Notes: generated by a model from the sequence alone, not told the origin. 23,100 nucleotides of DNA from a bacterium (GCA_050125095.1 JASFEA010000037.1:1-23100), one strand, 5' to 3'. Positions 1 through 10,060 are shown, counted from the stretch's first letter. Numbers and translations: made by a program.

Positions 1-1
1 C

Positions 2-706
2 AGATTTCTCATAAAGGACGAGGAAGTGGAAGCCGAAGTCTTCAAACCGGTTTATCTGGACCCCGGGGTCCTGGAGACGCCGGCGCTCGCGCTTGGGCAG
101 GCGACCAGGGAGACGCTGCGCATGGCCGACATAGCGTACAGGATGTACTCGCGCTCGATCGACGTCTTCTCGAACGACGACGAGGGCCTGCGCGGGAAAC
201 TCATAGAGGAAGACGACAAGGTGGACGCGCTGGATGAGGCCATTACCCCGTACCTCACACGGATCTCGCAGAGCGAGATGTCGGATGACGAGGCGGAACG
301 GGGGGTCTGCCTGCTCTTCATCGTTCACCGCGTGGAGCTCATCGGCGACATAGTCTCCAAGAGCCTTATGGACCTGGCTCTCAAGAAGATGATGGTCTCG
401 CCGAGGTTCTCGCAGGACGCCCTGGAGAACATAAAGGTCTATCATTCGGAGGTGCAGACGACGTTCCAGATGGCGATCGATTCTTTTGCCTCTCAGAACA
501 GGAGGCTCGCGGAGGACGTTGTCGAGCGCAAGTCGGAGCTCAACAACATGGAGCGCGATCTTCACAAGAACCACCTGCTGTTGCTGACGGGCGACAGGGA
601 GGAAGTGGCGGAGACGAGCACCATCTTCCTTGACGTCCTATACGACCTTAAGAGGATCAATTCCAACGCCTCCGGTATAGCCTACGCGGTCCTGGGAAGA
701 CTGTAA
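2..706 (+). CDS. Na/Pi-cotransporter family protein, C-terminal PhoU-like domains (5' partial)
   Basis: The frame is open from position 2 (RFLIKDEEVEAEV...), so the gene starts upstream of the window. Two PhoU-like helical repeats ('YLDP..LETPALALGQATRETLRMA', 'DDKVDALD', 'RVELIGD', 'ETSTIFLDVLYDLKRINS') match Na/Pi cotransporter C-termini. Confidence 0.8.
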   Translation, partial: RFLIKDEEVEAEVFKPVYLDPGVLETPALALGQATRETLRMADIAYRMYSRSIDVFSNDDEGLRGKLIEEDDKVDALDEAITPYLTRISQSEMSDDEAERGVCLLFIVHRVELIGDIVSKSLMDLALKKMMVSPRFSQDALENIKVYHSEVQTTFQMAIDSFASQNRRLAEDVVERKSELNNMERDLHKNHLLLLTGDREEVAETSTIFLDVLYDLKRINSNASGIAYAVLGRL

Positions 707-724
707 GCGGAAGGAGCAATTCCA

Positions 725-1411
725 ATGCCTTCGAAACGCTTTGGTGTCATAGGTCTTGGGAGATTCGGGTACACTGTGGCCACGACCCTGGCGAACAGCG
801 GCGCGGAGGTCATCGCCATCGATTCGGACTCGAACGTAATCAACGAGGTGAGCGACATCGTATCCGTCGCCGTATGCATGAATTCCGTGGACAAGGAGGG
901 GCTCGTCGCCCACGGCATGGACAAATGCGACGCGGCGGTCGTTGCGATCGGCCAGAACTTCGAGGCCAACGTGCTGACGACGTCCATACTCAAGGACCTC
1001 GGCGTCAAGAAGGTCGTGGCGCGGGCGAGCACCGACGTCCAGAAGAGCATACTCGAGCGAATCGGGGCCGACCAGGTCATCTTCCCGGAGGACGCCATCG
1101 GGGTCCGGGTCGCCCAGAGCCTGTTGAGCTCGAGAATAGTGGACATCACAAGCCTGTTCGAGGGCCTCAGCATCGCCCAGGTGGTGGTGCCCAAGGAGCT
1201 GGTCGGCAAGAAAATCGGCGAGATGAAGTTCCGGCAGAAATACAAGTGCAATATCGTCGTTATCAAGCGGAAGACGGACCAGTCGGACATCTCGAGCGAG
1301 CCCGAGCGCTACAATGTTCTGCCCGAACCCGAAGATCAGATCCAGATGGGGGACATACTTGTCGTGGTGGGCACTGAGAAGGACATAGAGAAACTGGCCA
1401 GCAGCCTCTGA
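725..1411 (+). CDS. ktrA: TrkA/KtrA family potassium uptake regulatory subunit (RCK N and C domains)
   Basis: N-terminal Rossmann motif VIGLGRFG, 'GADQVIFPE', C-terminal RCK_C ending 'GDILVVVG'; RBS AAGGAG upstream. Confidence 0.9.
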   Translation: MPSKRFGVIGLGRFGYTVATTLANSGAEVIAIDSDSNVINEVSDIVSVAVCMNSVDKEGLVAHGMDKCDAAVVAIGQNFEANVLTTSILKDLGVKKVVARASTDVQKSILERIGADQVIFPEDAIGVRVAQSLLSSRIVDITSLFEGLSIAQVVVPKELVGKKIGEMKFRQKYKCNIVVIKRKTDQSDISSEPERYNVLPEPEDQIQMGDILVVVGTEKDIEKLASSL

Positions 1412-1424
1412 GGAGTCAATAGAA

Positions 1425-2714
1425 GTGAACTGGGTGTATATAGAAGACATTGGAAAACACGTCGGAGAAGAAATTGCCGTCAGGGGCTGGGTCTATAACC
1501 TGCGTTCCAGCGGCAAGATCAAGTTTCTCATCGTGCGCGACGGCACCGGCGTTATCCAGTGCGTGGTCACGAGGCACGACTCGGAGCAGGCCTTCGGAGA
1601 AATCGACAGGCTGACCCAGGAGTCCTCGGTCATCGTCCACGGCGTGGCGCGGGAGGAAGGGCGCGCGCCGGGGGGCTATGAGCTCACCGTCTCGCGCATC
1701 GAAATCGTGAGTGTAGCGGAGAGCTACCCCATAACGCCCAAGGAGCACGGTGTCGACTTCCTCCTCAATAAGCGGCACCTGTGGCTGAGGTCTTCACGCC
1801 AGCACTCGGTGCTGCGGGTCAGGGCGGAAGTCATGAAGGCATGCCGGGACTACCTCGACGGGCAGGGTTTCATAGAGGTGACTGCGCCGATCTTCACGCC
1901 TTCGGCGAGCGAGGGCACGACGACGCTGTTTGAGACCAGGTACTTCGACGGGAGCGCGTACCTGTCGCAGAGCGGCCAGCTATACAACGAAGCCGCTGCC
2001 ATGGCGTTCGGGCGGGTCTATTGCTTCGGCCCGACATTCAGGGCGGAGAAGTCGAAGACGCGCAGGCATCTAACCGAGTTCTGGATGCTGGAACCCGAGA
2101 TGGCCTATGCCGACCTCGAGACCGTGTTCGAGATCTCGGAAGGGCTCGTCGCTTATGTGGTAGGCCGGGTGCTCGAGAACCGCCGGCGCGAGCTCGAAGT
2201 GCTGGAGAGGGATGTTGCGCTGCTGGAGAGGATCGTGCCGCCATTCGGAAGGATGAGCTACGATGAGGCCCTGGAGAACCTCCGGGCTATGGGTTTCGAC
2301 GTCGATTGGGGAAGCGACCTGGGCGCGGAGGAGGAGACCGTTCTCTCGAAGTCCTTCGACAGGCCCACTTTCATACACGACTACCCGGCGGAGGCCAAGT
2401 CCTTCTACATGGAGCCGACGCCGGGCAATGAGAGGACGGTGCGCTGCACCGACCTCATCGCTCCCGAGGGAGTCGGCGAGATAATCGGGGGCAGCGAGAG
2501 GATAAGCGACCTTGCCCTATTGGAGAAGAGGATCGACCAGCACGGTCTTCCCCGGGAGGCGTTCGAGTGGTATCTGGACCTGCGCAAGTACGGCAGCGTT
2601 CCCCACGCGGGTTTCGGCCTGGGGCTTGAGCGCACCGTGGCGTGGATCTGCGGGATCAAGCATATAAGGGAAGCCATGCCCTTCCCTAGGATGATACACC
2701 GAGTCTATCCTTGA
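1425..2714 (+). CDS. asnS: Asparagine--tRNA ligase
   Basis: OB-fold N-terminus ([22 protein letters not shown]), 'RHLWLRS', 'YLSQSGQLY', motif 2 '[24 protein letters not shown]', motif 3 '[14 protein letters not shown]'; GTG start after AGGAG. Confidence 0.95.
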   Translation: MNWVYIEDIGKHVGEEIAVRGWVYNLRSSGKIKFLIVRDGTGVIQCVVTRHDSEQAFGEIDRLTQESSVIVHGVAREEGRAPGGYELTVSRIEIVSVAESYPITPKEHGVDFLLNKRHLWLRSSRQHSVLRVRAEVMKACRDYLDGQGFIEVTAPIFTPSASEGTTTLFETRYFDGSAYLSQSGQLYNEAAAMAFGRVYCFGPTFRAEKSKTRRHLTEFWMLEPEMAYADLETVFEISEGLVAYVVGRVLENRRRELEVLERDVALLERIVPPFGRMSYDEALENLRAMGFDVDWGSDLGAEEETVLSKSFDRPTFIHDYPAEAKSFYMEPTPGNERTVRCTDLIAPEGVGEIIGGSERISDLALLEKRIDQHGLPREAFEWYLDLRKYGSVPHAGFGLGLERTVAWICGIKHIREAMPFPRMIHRVYP

Positions 2715-2763
2715 GAAAAAGGGTATCCTTAAAGAGTGCATCCTTAATGAGTGCATCCTTAAT
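2701..2763. repeat. Short tandem repeat (15-bp unit GAGTGCATCCTTAAT x2 plus degenerate copies)
   Basis: Exact copies at 2734-2748 and 2749-2763. Degenerate copies GAGTCTATCCTT (2701-2712, end of asnS) and GGGTATCCTTAAA (2721-2733). Confidence 0.85.
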
Positions 2764-2770
2764 GACAGAG

Positions 2771-2841
2771 AGGGCCGCCCGCTGCCGAGCGGCCCTTTGT
2801 CGTGGTCGGAGGGCGGGAGGCGGTCTGCCCGGCCGCCTCCC
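2771..2841. terminator. Two GC-rich hairpins between convergent asnS and hsp20 (probable terminators)
   Basis: AGGGCCGC (2771-2778)/GCGGCCCT (2789-2796) followed by TTGT, and GGGAGGCGG (2815-2823)/CCGCCTCCC (2833-2841). Confidence 0.6.
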
Positions 2842-2849
2842 CAGCTGTT

Positions 2850-3284
2850 TTAGGAGACCTTGATGGGAATCTCCTTCGGCTTTGCCGACTCATGCTTGGG
2901 CAATCTTACCTCAAGGACGCCGTCCTTGTAGGTCGCCTCGACTTTGTCGCTGTCGACCGAGGGCAAAGTCAGCACGCGCCTGAACGAGCCGTAGGTCCTC
3001 TCCACCCTGTGCCAGTTCTCGCCTTCCTCTCGCTCTTCGCGCTTCTTCTCACCCGAGATCGTCAGCATGTCATCCTTGACGCTGACCTTGATATCTTCCT
3101 TGTTCATGCCGGGGATTTCGGCTTTCACCAGGATCTCACCGTCGAGCTCCGACACGTCCATCGCTGGAGCCCATTCCACCTCACCGCCGTCTCCCCGGCG
3201 CTCGAAGAAGTTATCGAGCATCTTTCCGGTCTCCTCGTGGATGTTCATCAAGTCTCTGAAAGGGGTCCACCTGACTAGTCTCAT
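2850..3284 (-). CDS. Hsp20/alpha-crystallin family small heat shock protein
   Basis: 'WAPAMDVSE...VKAEIPGMNKEDIKVSV..LTISGEK', 'RVERTYGSFRRVLTLP', 'ATYKDGVLEVRLPK', C-terminal IPI motif. Start moved to the ATG at 3284 (MRLVRW), 8 nt after GGAGG. Confidence 0.95.
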   Translation of the reverse strand: MRLVRWTPFRDLMNIHEETGKMLDNFFERRGDGGEVEWAPAMDVSELDGEILVKAEIPGMNKEDIKVSVKDDMLTISGEKKREEREEGENWHRVERTYGSFRRVLTLPSVDSDKVEATYKDGVLEVRLPKHESAKPKEIPIKVS

Positions 3285-3347
3285 TTCATACACCTCCTCT
3301 TTCAAGTTTTACAGCCCCTATTCTCTTTAACTGCCATCCCCTCTAAG

Positions 3348-3363
3348 AGCAACCGGTGTGCCA
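3348..3363 (-). promoter_or_regulatory. Sigma54 (-24/-12) promoter of hsp20
   Basis: The minus strand reads TGGCAC-ACCGG-TTGCT, a perfect match to the TGGCAC-N5-TTGCW consensus, about 65 nt upstream of the hsp20 start. Confidence 0.85.
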
Positions 3364-3402
3364 GACTGCCACGGGTGCATGTGGAGCGTGTAATCTCCTT
3401 AT

Positions 3403-3415
3403 TTTCAATAAGTTA
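3403..3415. promoter_or_regulatory. IHF-like binding site upstream of the hsp20 sigma54 promoter
   Basis: TTTCAATAAGTTA resembles WATCAA-N4-TTR, sits in an AT-rich patch and lies 39 nt upstream of the -24 element, a typical IHF position. Confidence 0.6.
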
Positions 3416-3510
3416 TATTTTCTCTCTTCAATTGCGGATGTTGCATGCGGGTTTGACATCTTGACCTATTCCAGCCAGATGGACCATGTGTCGGGGGCCG
3501 GACTGCCAGA

Positions 3511-3587
3511 TTGACAATGCTCGCGATCACGCGGAATATGCTCTTGTCGAATATTGGCTTGACAAAGCGGGTTTCTTGGAGGAATAT
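3511..3587 (+). promoter_or_regulatory. Tandem sigma70-type promoters upstream of the arginine decarboxylase gene
   Basis: TTGACA-N17-GAATAT occurs twice, at 3511-3539 and 3559-3587. Confidence 0.55.
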
Positions 3588-3612
3588 TCTGCGTTAGCCA
3601 AGGGAGGGCGAT

Positions 3613-4158
3613 ATGGTCCCCAAGAAGGTTTTTCTCACCAAGGGCGTGGGGCGTGACCGGGACAAACTCAAGAGTTTCGAGATGGCTCTCCGGAACGCCG
3701 GAATCGCAAAGCTGAACCTGGTTCGGGTCTCGAGCATCTTCCCGCCGGGCTGCAAGCTCATCCCGAGGTCGCGTGGCCTCGGACTTCTGTCTCACGGCCA
3801 GATCACGCATATAGTCCTCAGCGAGAACGCCTCCAATGAGCCGCACAGGCTGATGGCTGCCTCGGTCGGGGTGGCAATACCGAGAGATACAGAACAGGCG
3901 GGGTACCTGTCCGAGTACCACAGCTTCGGGGAGAAGGAGAAGAAAGCGGGCGACTACGCCGAAGACCTTGCCGCGTCCATGCTCGCGACCATTGTCGGCG
4001 TGGAGTTTGATCCCGAGGAGAGCTGGGACAACAGGCGCGAGATATGGAAGATATCCGGCGAGATCGTGAAAACGACCAATATCACGCAGTCCGCCATTGG
4101 TGATACAAGAGGTATCTGGACGACAGTGCTCGCCGGGGCCGTTTTCATCTTCGAATAA
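3613..4158 (+). CDS. pdaD: Pyruvoyl-dependent arginine decarboxylase
   Basis: 'VPKKVFLTKGVG', 'SFEMALRNAGIAKLNLVRVSSIFPP' with the Ser-Ser self-cleavage site, 'GYLSEYHSFG', 'WTTVLAGAVF'; RBS GGGAGG. Confidence 0.9.
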   Translation: MVPKKVFLTKGVGRDRDKLKSFEMALRNAGIAKLNLVRVSSIFPPGCKLIPRSRGLGLLSHGQITHIVLSENASNEPHRLMAASVGVAIPRDTEQAGYLSEYHSFGEKEKKAGDYAEDLAASMLATIVGVEFDPEESWDNRREIWKISGEIVKTTNITQSAIGDTRGIWTTVLAGAVFIFE

Positions 4159-4182
4159 CCCCTTGGTTGCAGTGGGAGATGC

Positions 4183-5934
4183 GTGAGAGATACCATTGAA
4201 AGGACTCTGACCAGGCTGCTCGTCGTGGCCGCGGTGCTGGCTGCGGCCTCGCTGATAGCCCAGTACGGTTTCTACCTGCCCCAGCGGTATCTCGATTACC
4301 TGATATATGTCGATGTCGGGATCATCATCTTTTTCGTGGCCGAGAACTTCGTAAGGCTCGGCATCAGCCGGGAGAAGCTGGAGTACCTGAGGTCCCACTG
4401 GGTGGACTTCATGTTCATCCTGCTTTTCTTTGCCCAGATCATTCTCATCCGCTTTTTCTCGAGGACGCATACGGTCGAGACATTCCTTGCGAAGCTAAAT
4501 ATAGTCTCGCTCACCAAAGCCTACATAGTCACGGTTCAGGTCTACATGGCTATTGCGCTTTTCATCAAGACGATTGACGCCAACAGGTTCATTGCGAGAT
4601 TCAGGATATCCCCTCCGCAGATGGTGCTCGGGAGTTTCGCAGCGGCGATCATCGCGGGTACTTTCCTGCTGCTGCTGCCCCGCGCCACGTCGACCGGGCA
4701 ATCCATGCCGTTCGTCGACGCGCTGTTCACGGCCGCCTCAGCGACCTGCGTCACGGGTCTTATCGTGGTGGACACGGGTTCGTTCTTCTCGCGCTTCGGC
4801 CAGATGATCATACTTCTTCTCATTCAGCTGGGCGGCATCGGCATCATGAGTCTCGTGGCCTTCTCGGCGGCGGCCATAGGCCGCGGCATTGGAATGCGCG
4901 AGCGCGCAATGCTCAAGGACATTCTCGATTCCAATTTCATCGGCGAGGTCACGCGCCTGCTCCGCAACATCGTGCTCATAACCGTGATATTCGAGACAGC
5001 CGGGGTGCTGCTGTTTTCCAGGATCTGGGCAAGAGATTTCCCGAGCCCCATGACCACCGTATACTACTCCGTGTTCCATTCGATTTCGGCGTTCTGTAAC
5101 GCGGGATTCTCGCTCTTCTCCGACAGCCTGGAGGGATTCAGGGCCAGGCCGGACGTTGTCTTCACCTTCGCCGCCCTGATCATAATAGGGGGGCTCGGCT
5201 TCATAGTGATCTCGAACCTCTTCCGCTACTTCCTCGGAGTACTGGGAAGGGCCAAACCCAGGCCGAGGTTGAACCTGCATACCAAGATAGTGCTGCTCAC
5301 ATCGGCCGCGCTTCTCATCGTGGGGACCGTGGCTTTCTACGCTCTCGAGATCGACGACTCCATGGCCGAATTCACCGGAGGCGAGAGGGCACTGTCGGCC
5401 TTTTTCAGCTCGGTCACGGCCAGGACGGCCGGTTTCAGCACGCTGCCGATGAGCGCCATTGCAGTCCCCACAGCTCTCCTGGTGGTCTTCCTCATGTTCA
5501 TAGGCGCATCATCCGGGGGCACGGGCGGTGGCATCAAGACCAATACATTCGCCGTTCTCATCGCCACCCTGAGGTCGATGCTCAAGGCCAGGCAGGATGT
5601 CGAGGTCTTCCACAGGGCCATACCGAGGGACATCATGGTCAAGGCGATATGCGTGGTGATCCTCTCGGTCGGTCTGGTTTTCGCGACGTCACTGGTGGTG
5701 GCGACCTACGAGCGCATCGGGTTTACGGACATCCTGTTCGAGACGGTGTCGGCTTTCGGAACGGTGGGACTCTCGCGGGGCCTTACCCAGGGCTTGACTA
5801 CCCCCAGCAAGGTGGCGATAATCATAACAATGTTTCTGGGCAGAATCGGCCCGCTCACGCTGGGCCTTGCTATAAGTCAGAGAGTATATGAACAGACCTA
5901 CAGATACCCCACGGAGAGGGTGATGATCGGTTAG
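4183..5934 (+). CDS. ktrB: TrkH/KtrB family potassium uptake membrane subunit with extra N-terminal TM segments
   Basis: Four pore-loop motifs: 'SATCVTGL', 'SAFCNAGF', 'TARTAGF', 'SAFGTVGLS'; also 'GASSGGTGGGIK' and C-terminal 'YRYPTERVMIG'. Confidence 0.92.
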   Translation: MRDTIERTLTRLLVVAAVLAAASLIAQYGFYLPQRYLDYLIYVDVGIIIFFVAENFVRLGISREKLEYLRSHWVDFMFILLFFAQIILIRFFSRTHTVETFLAKLNIVSLTKAYIVTVQVYMAIALFIKTIDANRFIARFRISPPQMVLGSFAAAIIAGTFLLLLPRATSTGQSMPFVDALFTAASATCVTGLIVVDTGSFFSRFGQMIILLLIQLGGIGIMSLVAFSAAAIGRGIGMRERAMLKDILDSNFIGEVTRLLRNIVLITVIFETAGVLLFSRIWARDFPSPMTTVYYSVFHSISAFCNAGFSLFSDSLEGFRARPDVVFTFAALIIIGGLGFIVISNLFRYFLGVLGRAKPRPRLNLHTKIVLLTSAALLIVGTVAFYALEIDDSMAEFTGGERALSAFFSSVTARTAGFSTLPMSAIAVPTALLVVFLMFIGASSGGTGGGIKTNTFAVLIATLRSMLKARQDVEVFHRAIPRDIMVKAICVVILSVGLVFATSLVVATYERIGFTDILFETVSAFGTVGLSRGLTQGLTTPSKVAIIITMFLGRIGPLTLGLAISQRVYEQTYRYPTERVMIG

Positions 5935-5946
5935 GAGGATACATAC

Positions 5947-6585
5947 GTGGCGAGGCAGAGAGGCACCTCAAAACCTGAGAAAAAGACAAAGGTGAAGCGT
6001 TCGGGAGCCGGGCGGACGGGGGCTGCGGCTCGCAAGAAGTCCGCGCGTCCGAAAAAGACGGTTACGCGACGCAAGAAGACCGCCGCAAAGCCGGCCCGCA
6101 AGGCCGCCGCCGGTGTGCGCAGGAAGGCGGCCGGTGCAAAGAAGACAGCCCGCAAGGCCGCGAAGAAAGTGCAGAAGACCGCAGCCAAAAAGGTCGTCAA
6201 GGTCCGCAAGGAAATGTCAAAAGCCGCCAGGGAGAGGATGGAAAGGCTGAGAACCATGCTGGAAGAACGCCGGACCGACATACTGGCCAGCATAAGGAAA
6301 GCCCGCGAGGACAGCGTGGAAGCGCACCGCCGCACGTTCTCCGAGGTGGGGGACCTGGTGTCGGCCTCGCTGGAGAAGGAGATGGCCTTCAAATACGGCG
6401 AATATGGCGTAAATATGCTAAGGGAGATAGACTCAGCGCTCGAAAAGCTTAAAGAGGGGAGTTATGGCGTCTGTGAGGAATGCGGCAAGATGATCGGGGT
6501 CAAGCGGCTCGAGGTCGTGCCGTTCGCCAGGCTCTGCATCAAGTGCAAATCCAAGGAGGAGGAGGGGACAACGGGCAACCGCTAG
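5947..6585 (+). CDS. TraR/DksA C4-type zinc finger protein with long Lys/Arg/Ala-rich N-terminal extension
   Basis: 'IDSALEKLKEGSYGVCEECGKMIGVKRLEVVPFARLCIKCK' C4 zinc finger preceded by a coiled coil; strong RBS AGGAGG; first about 90 aa low-complexity and basic. Confidence 0.88.
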   Translation: MARQRGTSKPEKKTKVKRSGAGRTGAAARKKSARPKKTVTRRKKTAAKPARKAAAGVRRKAAGAKKTARKAAKKVQKTAAKKVVKVRKEMSKAARERMERLRTMLEERRTDILASIRKAREDSVEAHRRTFSEVGDLVSASLEKEMAFKYGEYGVNMLREIDSALEKLKEGSYGVCEECGKMIGVKRLEVVPFARLCIKCKSKEEEGTTGNR

Positions 6586-6601
6586 CCCGAAAGGAAACAT
6601 A

Positions 6602-6630
6602 TTGACGAAATCCACTATCCGCGTTATAGT
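6602..6630 (+). promoter_or_regulatory. Sigma70-type promoter for the small secreted protein/TPR-activator unit
   Basis: TTGACG-N17-TATAGT. Confidence 0.7.
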
Positions 6631-6665
6631 GGAGTATGAGAGGATGTAGTTGGAGGCCATTTGTT

Positions 6666-6959
6666 ATGAGACCTAAATGGCTGGTAGTTCTTGCTGTTCT
6701 CCTTATCCTGTTCAGCTGGTCCGCGGTCTTTGCGGGACCCAAGGGCGAAGTTGGGCACGGTGACGATGACATTCCCGAACTGACGAAGCGCAGGAGTTCG
6801 GTCAGTCTCCAGAGACTTGTCGATGCTCTTGAGGTGGAATCCGTCTGGAATGCTATCTTCCGTGTGGAACCGGAACGGCAGCAGGAACTCGGCAGACGGA
6901 TGGACGCCAGGAGCGTCAGCAAGCCTGCTACACGAAGGTATCCTGTCAAGTCGAAGTAG
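6666..6959 (+). CDS. Small hypothetical secreted protein (97 aa) with Sec signal peptide
   Basis: ATG 6666 follows GGAGG (6653-6657). MRPKWLVVLAVLLILFSWSAVFA has a basic N-region, hydrophobic core and VFA cleavage site. It has its own promoter and fills the intergenic gap. Confidence 0.65.
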   Translation: MRPKWLVVLAVLLILFSWSAVFAGPKGEVGHGDDDIPELTKRRSSVSLQRLVDALEVESVWNAIFRVEPERQQELGRRMDARSVSKPATRRYPVKSK

Positions 6960-7012
6960 GAACAGGTTACTGACGAGGTTTCACCCTTCATGTAGGCGGG
7001 GAAAGGGTGACA

Positions 7013-10000
7013 ATGCCTGGAAAGCGTGAAACCAACCCCTCGGGGCGGGAAGGGTCTAACGACCCTGATGACAGAGTAGGAGTGTCTTTCGAAGAACTCG
7101 GCGAGTTCTGTCTCGCCAGTGGTGAGTTCTCGACCGCCATAGAATACTTCACAAAGGTACTTACCAGTTCAGACCTTCCTCCCGAGCAGTGCGAGCACCG
7201 CGCTTCGGTATTGAGAAAGCTCGCCATGTGCTATATGCAGATCGGCGAGTGCGACCATGCCCTGGAGATTCTCCACAACGCTTTCGGACTTATCTCCGAC
7301 GGTCAGGACCCCGTCGAGCTTTCTCGCATCATAATCTACCGCGCGTGGGCCCACTTCAAGCGGGGCGAATACGATCTGGCGCAGGCCGACTGCGAGGCCG
7401 TGCTTGAGATCCTCATCGATGAGGACAAGGAAAAAGAGCTGGCAAAGACATACAACTGCCTCGGGGCGGTATGCCTGAGGAAGGGCGGCAACGAGAAGGC
7501 TCTCGACTTCTACCGCTCGTCGCTGTCGATGTCGCGCCTCATAGAAGACCGCGACATGGTGGGAACCAGTCTTAATAATATGGGTATCGCCTGCAAGAAC
7601 CTGGGGCGCTGGGAGGAATCCCAGAAGTACCTCGAAGAGGCCCTGCGCATAGCCGAAGACCTCGGGCAGCACATGCAAAAGGGTGTGAGGCTCAATAACC
7701 TCGGCATCATCTACTCCAAGCGGGGGCTATGGAGAAGGGCGTACAAGTGCTGGAGCGAAGCTTTCAGCATTCTCTCCAGAATGGGCAACCGCCGGGAGGC
7801 CTATTCCGCCTGCCGGAACATAGGCCACTACTACATGACGTACCGCAATTTCGACCGGGCCGAGGAGTACTACGTCCGCGCCATGAATGAGAGCGCGGAG
7901 CGCGGCGACATGCGCTGCTGCGCCCTGAGCCTCGAGTTCGTTGGTGACGTTCACATGGCCCGCGGGCGGCTCGACCTGGCATATGAGCGCTATATGGAAG
8001 CCCTCGGAGTAGCCGAGGAGATGGCTCCCAGGGGCGATGTCGTCGTTGAAGTGAAGCGGCGCCTGGCCGACCTTGAAGTGGAAAGGGGTAATTTCGAGGC
8101 CGGGCTCGAGCACGCGTCCTTCGCCGTTGAAGTCGGCGGCGAGATAGAGGACGTGTTTGAGGAGGCCTGCTCGCTGCGCTCCAAGGCGGCCGCCCAGTTC
8201 ATGCTGGGTGAGTGGGAGCGGGCCCGTACGGAGTTCAAGCGGGCCACCGACGTGCTGGAATCGATAGGCGAGAAAAAAGAGCTCGGCCTGACGCTCTTGA
8301 GGGCCGGGACCCTTTACTCGACCCAGCAGTCGAGCCTCGAACTGGCTGTCGAATACCTCAACAGGGCGCTTGCCATATTCGAGGACCTGGGTATGGTTTA
8401 TGAGGCGTCGCTCTGCGTCCTCGAGGCGGCCTGGATTGCAGCCGGGCAGGGAGAGGTCGAGAAGTGCCGCAAGGCGCTCGCGATGGTCGACGAGATTCAT
8501 GGGGGCTACGCGCCCTCCGAGATAAGGGACCGCATGGAAGACATAAAGAGGGAAGCCGACGAGAGACTGTCCTGGCTTTCGGTCAACAAGTCGAGTAATG
8601 TGGTTGACCTGAGCTGGGTGATTGAGAACGTGCTCGCCGAGGGCAGCGGGGGCGGAGGTCTGGGGATAGCCCTGGACGCCTGCCTCAGGAAGACCTCGGC
8701 CGACAGGGGGCTGATTCTCTTCAAACCGGGCGATGTTTCGAAGGTTCTGGTTTCCAGGAACTTCGAGTCTGACGAGTGCGCCGATCTGGTTCCCGTTGTG
8801 GAGGAGATGCTGCTCGTCGCCCGCAACTCTGACATGCCGGTCGTTACGACATGCATCGGCGAGGACAACAGATTCAACTCAAGGCTGCCCGACTCGGCGC
8901 CGCTGTCTGCTCTCTGCGTGCCGCTTGGCGCCGGCGACGACAAGGTGGGCTGCATATACCTGGACGCCTCCGTTGGAGACAAGTTCTTCGAGCGGGCCGA
9001 GGTGGAGTTCGTGGTCGCCCTGAGCGGCATATTGAAAAACGTGCTTTCGGAGGCCGCCGCGGGCGAGGCGCGCGCCTCGGGCAAGTACAGACCCAGCGCG
9101 CCGGGGACGACGTGCCGCTTCCACGGCATAGTGACCCGCAATAAGAAAATGCTCGAGATCCTGGACGCCGTGAAGTTCCTCAAGAACACGTCTGCCACCG
9201 TCCTGATCGAGGGAGAGACGGGGACGGGCAAAGAACTCCTGGCGCAGGCGATTCACAAGTCGAGCGGCAGAAGCAGCAAACCTTTCGTCCGCATAGACTG
9301 CTCGGCGCTCTCGCGCCAGCTGCTGGAGAGCGAGCTTTTCGGCCATGTCAAGGGCGCGTTCACGGACGCGCGCAGCGACAAGGCGGGCCTGTTCGAGATG
9401 GCCGACGGCGGAACGGTATTCCTGGACGAGATCGACAAGACCTCGAGGAAGTTCCAGGAGCGCCTGCTTCAGGTCGTAGACAAGCGTGAATTCAAACGCG
9501 TGGGATCGACCACTTCAAAGCAGGTGGACTTCCGCCTCGTATGCGCCACCAACAGAGACCTGGCTGCCCAGGTCAAGGCCGGCGATTTCCTGGAGGATCT
9601 CTACTACAGGCTGAAGGTCATATCCTTGAGGATACCCGCGCTCAGGAACCGCACCGAGGACATTCCGCTGCTTACCGAGCATTTCGTCAAGGTTCAGAGC
9701 GACAACCTGGGAAAGAGCGTGAGAGGCGTTTCCGGCGAGGCCATGGACATGCTTATGAATGCCGGCTGGCCTGGCAACGTGAGGCAACTGGAGCATGAGG
9801 TGGAGCGGGCCGTGACCTTCGCCCCGGACGGGGCGATCTTAGAGCCCGACCTCTTCTCCGACGAGATGCGCCGCGAGCCCGCCATGGAAGTGGGGGAGGA
9901 AGGCGTGGACATGGCCGAAATGGTGCGGAACCTCGAGAGCAGGATGATAAGGAACGCGCTCAGGCGCTTCAAGGGCAACAAGACCAGGGCCGCCAAGTCC

Positions 10001-10060
10001 CTGGGACTCTCCAGGCGGGGTCTATTGAATAAAATCCAGCGCTACAACATCTCTGTGTAA
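7013..10060 (+). CDS. Sigma54-dependent enhancer-binding protein: N-terminal TPR array, GAF-like domain, AAA+ domain, Fis-type HTH
   Basis: Many TPR repeats ('[26 protein letters not shown]', '[12 protein letters not shown]'), GAF-like 'LSALCVPL...VGCIYLD', Walker A GETGTGKE, '[15 protein letters not shown]', Walker B FLDEI, 'DLYYRL', 'WPGNVRQL', HTH '[14 protein letters not shown]'. Start is ATG 7013 or GTG 7007. Confidence 0.92.
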   Translation: MPGKRETNPSGREGSNDPDDRVGVSFEELGEFCLASGEFSTAIEYFTKVLTSSDLPPEQCEHRASVLRKLAMCYMQIGECDHALEILHNAFGLISDGQDPVELSRIIIYRAWAHFKRGEYDLAQADCEAVLEILIDEDKEKELAKTYNCLGAVCLRKGGNEKALDFYRSSLSMSRLIEDRDMVGTSLNNMGIACKNLGRWEESQKYLEEALRIAEDLGQHMQKGVRLNNLGIIYSKRGLWRRAYKCWSEAFSILSRMGNRREAYSACRNIGHYYMTYRNFDRAEEYYVRAMNESAERGDMRCCALSLEFVGDVHMARGRLDLAYERYMEALGVAEEMAPRGDVVVEVKRRLADLEVERGNFEAGLEHASFAVEVGGEIEDVFEEACSLRSKAAAQFMLGEWERARTEFKRATDVLESIGEKKELGLTLLRAGTLYSTQQSSLELAVEYLNRALAIFEDLGMVYEASLCVLEAAWIAAGQGEVEKCRKALAMVDEIHGGYAPSEIRDRMEDIKREADERLSWLSVNKSSNVVDLSWVIENVLAEGSGGGGLGIALDACLRKTSADRGLILFKPGDVSKVLVSRNFESDECADLVPVVEEMLLVARNSDMPVVTTCIGEDNRFNSRLPDSAPLSALCVPLGAGDDKVGCIYLDASVGDKFFERAEVEFVVALSGILKNVLSEAAAGEARASGKYRPSAPGTTCRFHGIVTRNKKMLEILDAVKFLKNTSATVLIEGETGTGKELLAQAIHKSSGRSSKPFVRIDCSALSRQLLESELFGHVKGAFTDARSDKAGLFEMADGGTVFLDEIDKTSRKFQERLLQVVDKREFKRVGSTTSKQVDFRLVCATNRDLAAQVKAGDFLEDLYYRLKVISLRIPALRNRTEDIPLLTEHFVKVQSDNLGKSVRGVSGEAMDMLMNAGWPGNVRQLEHEVERAVTFAPDGAILEPDLFSDEMRREPAMEVGEEGVDMAEMVRNLESRMIRNALRRFKGNKTRAAKSLGLSRRGLLNKIQRYNISV

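Noticed and set aside
2721-2763. Possible CRISPR array
   Set aside because: Units are 15 bp, directly adjacent with no spacers, and there are no cas genes.
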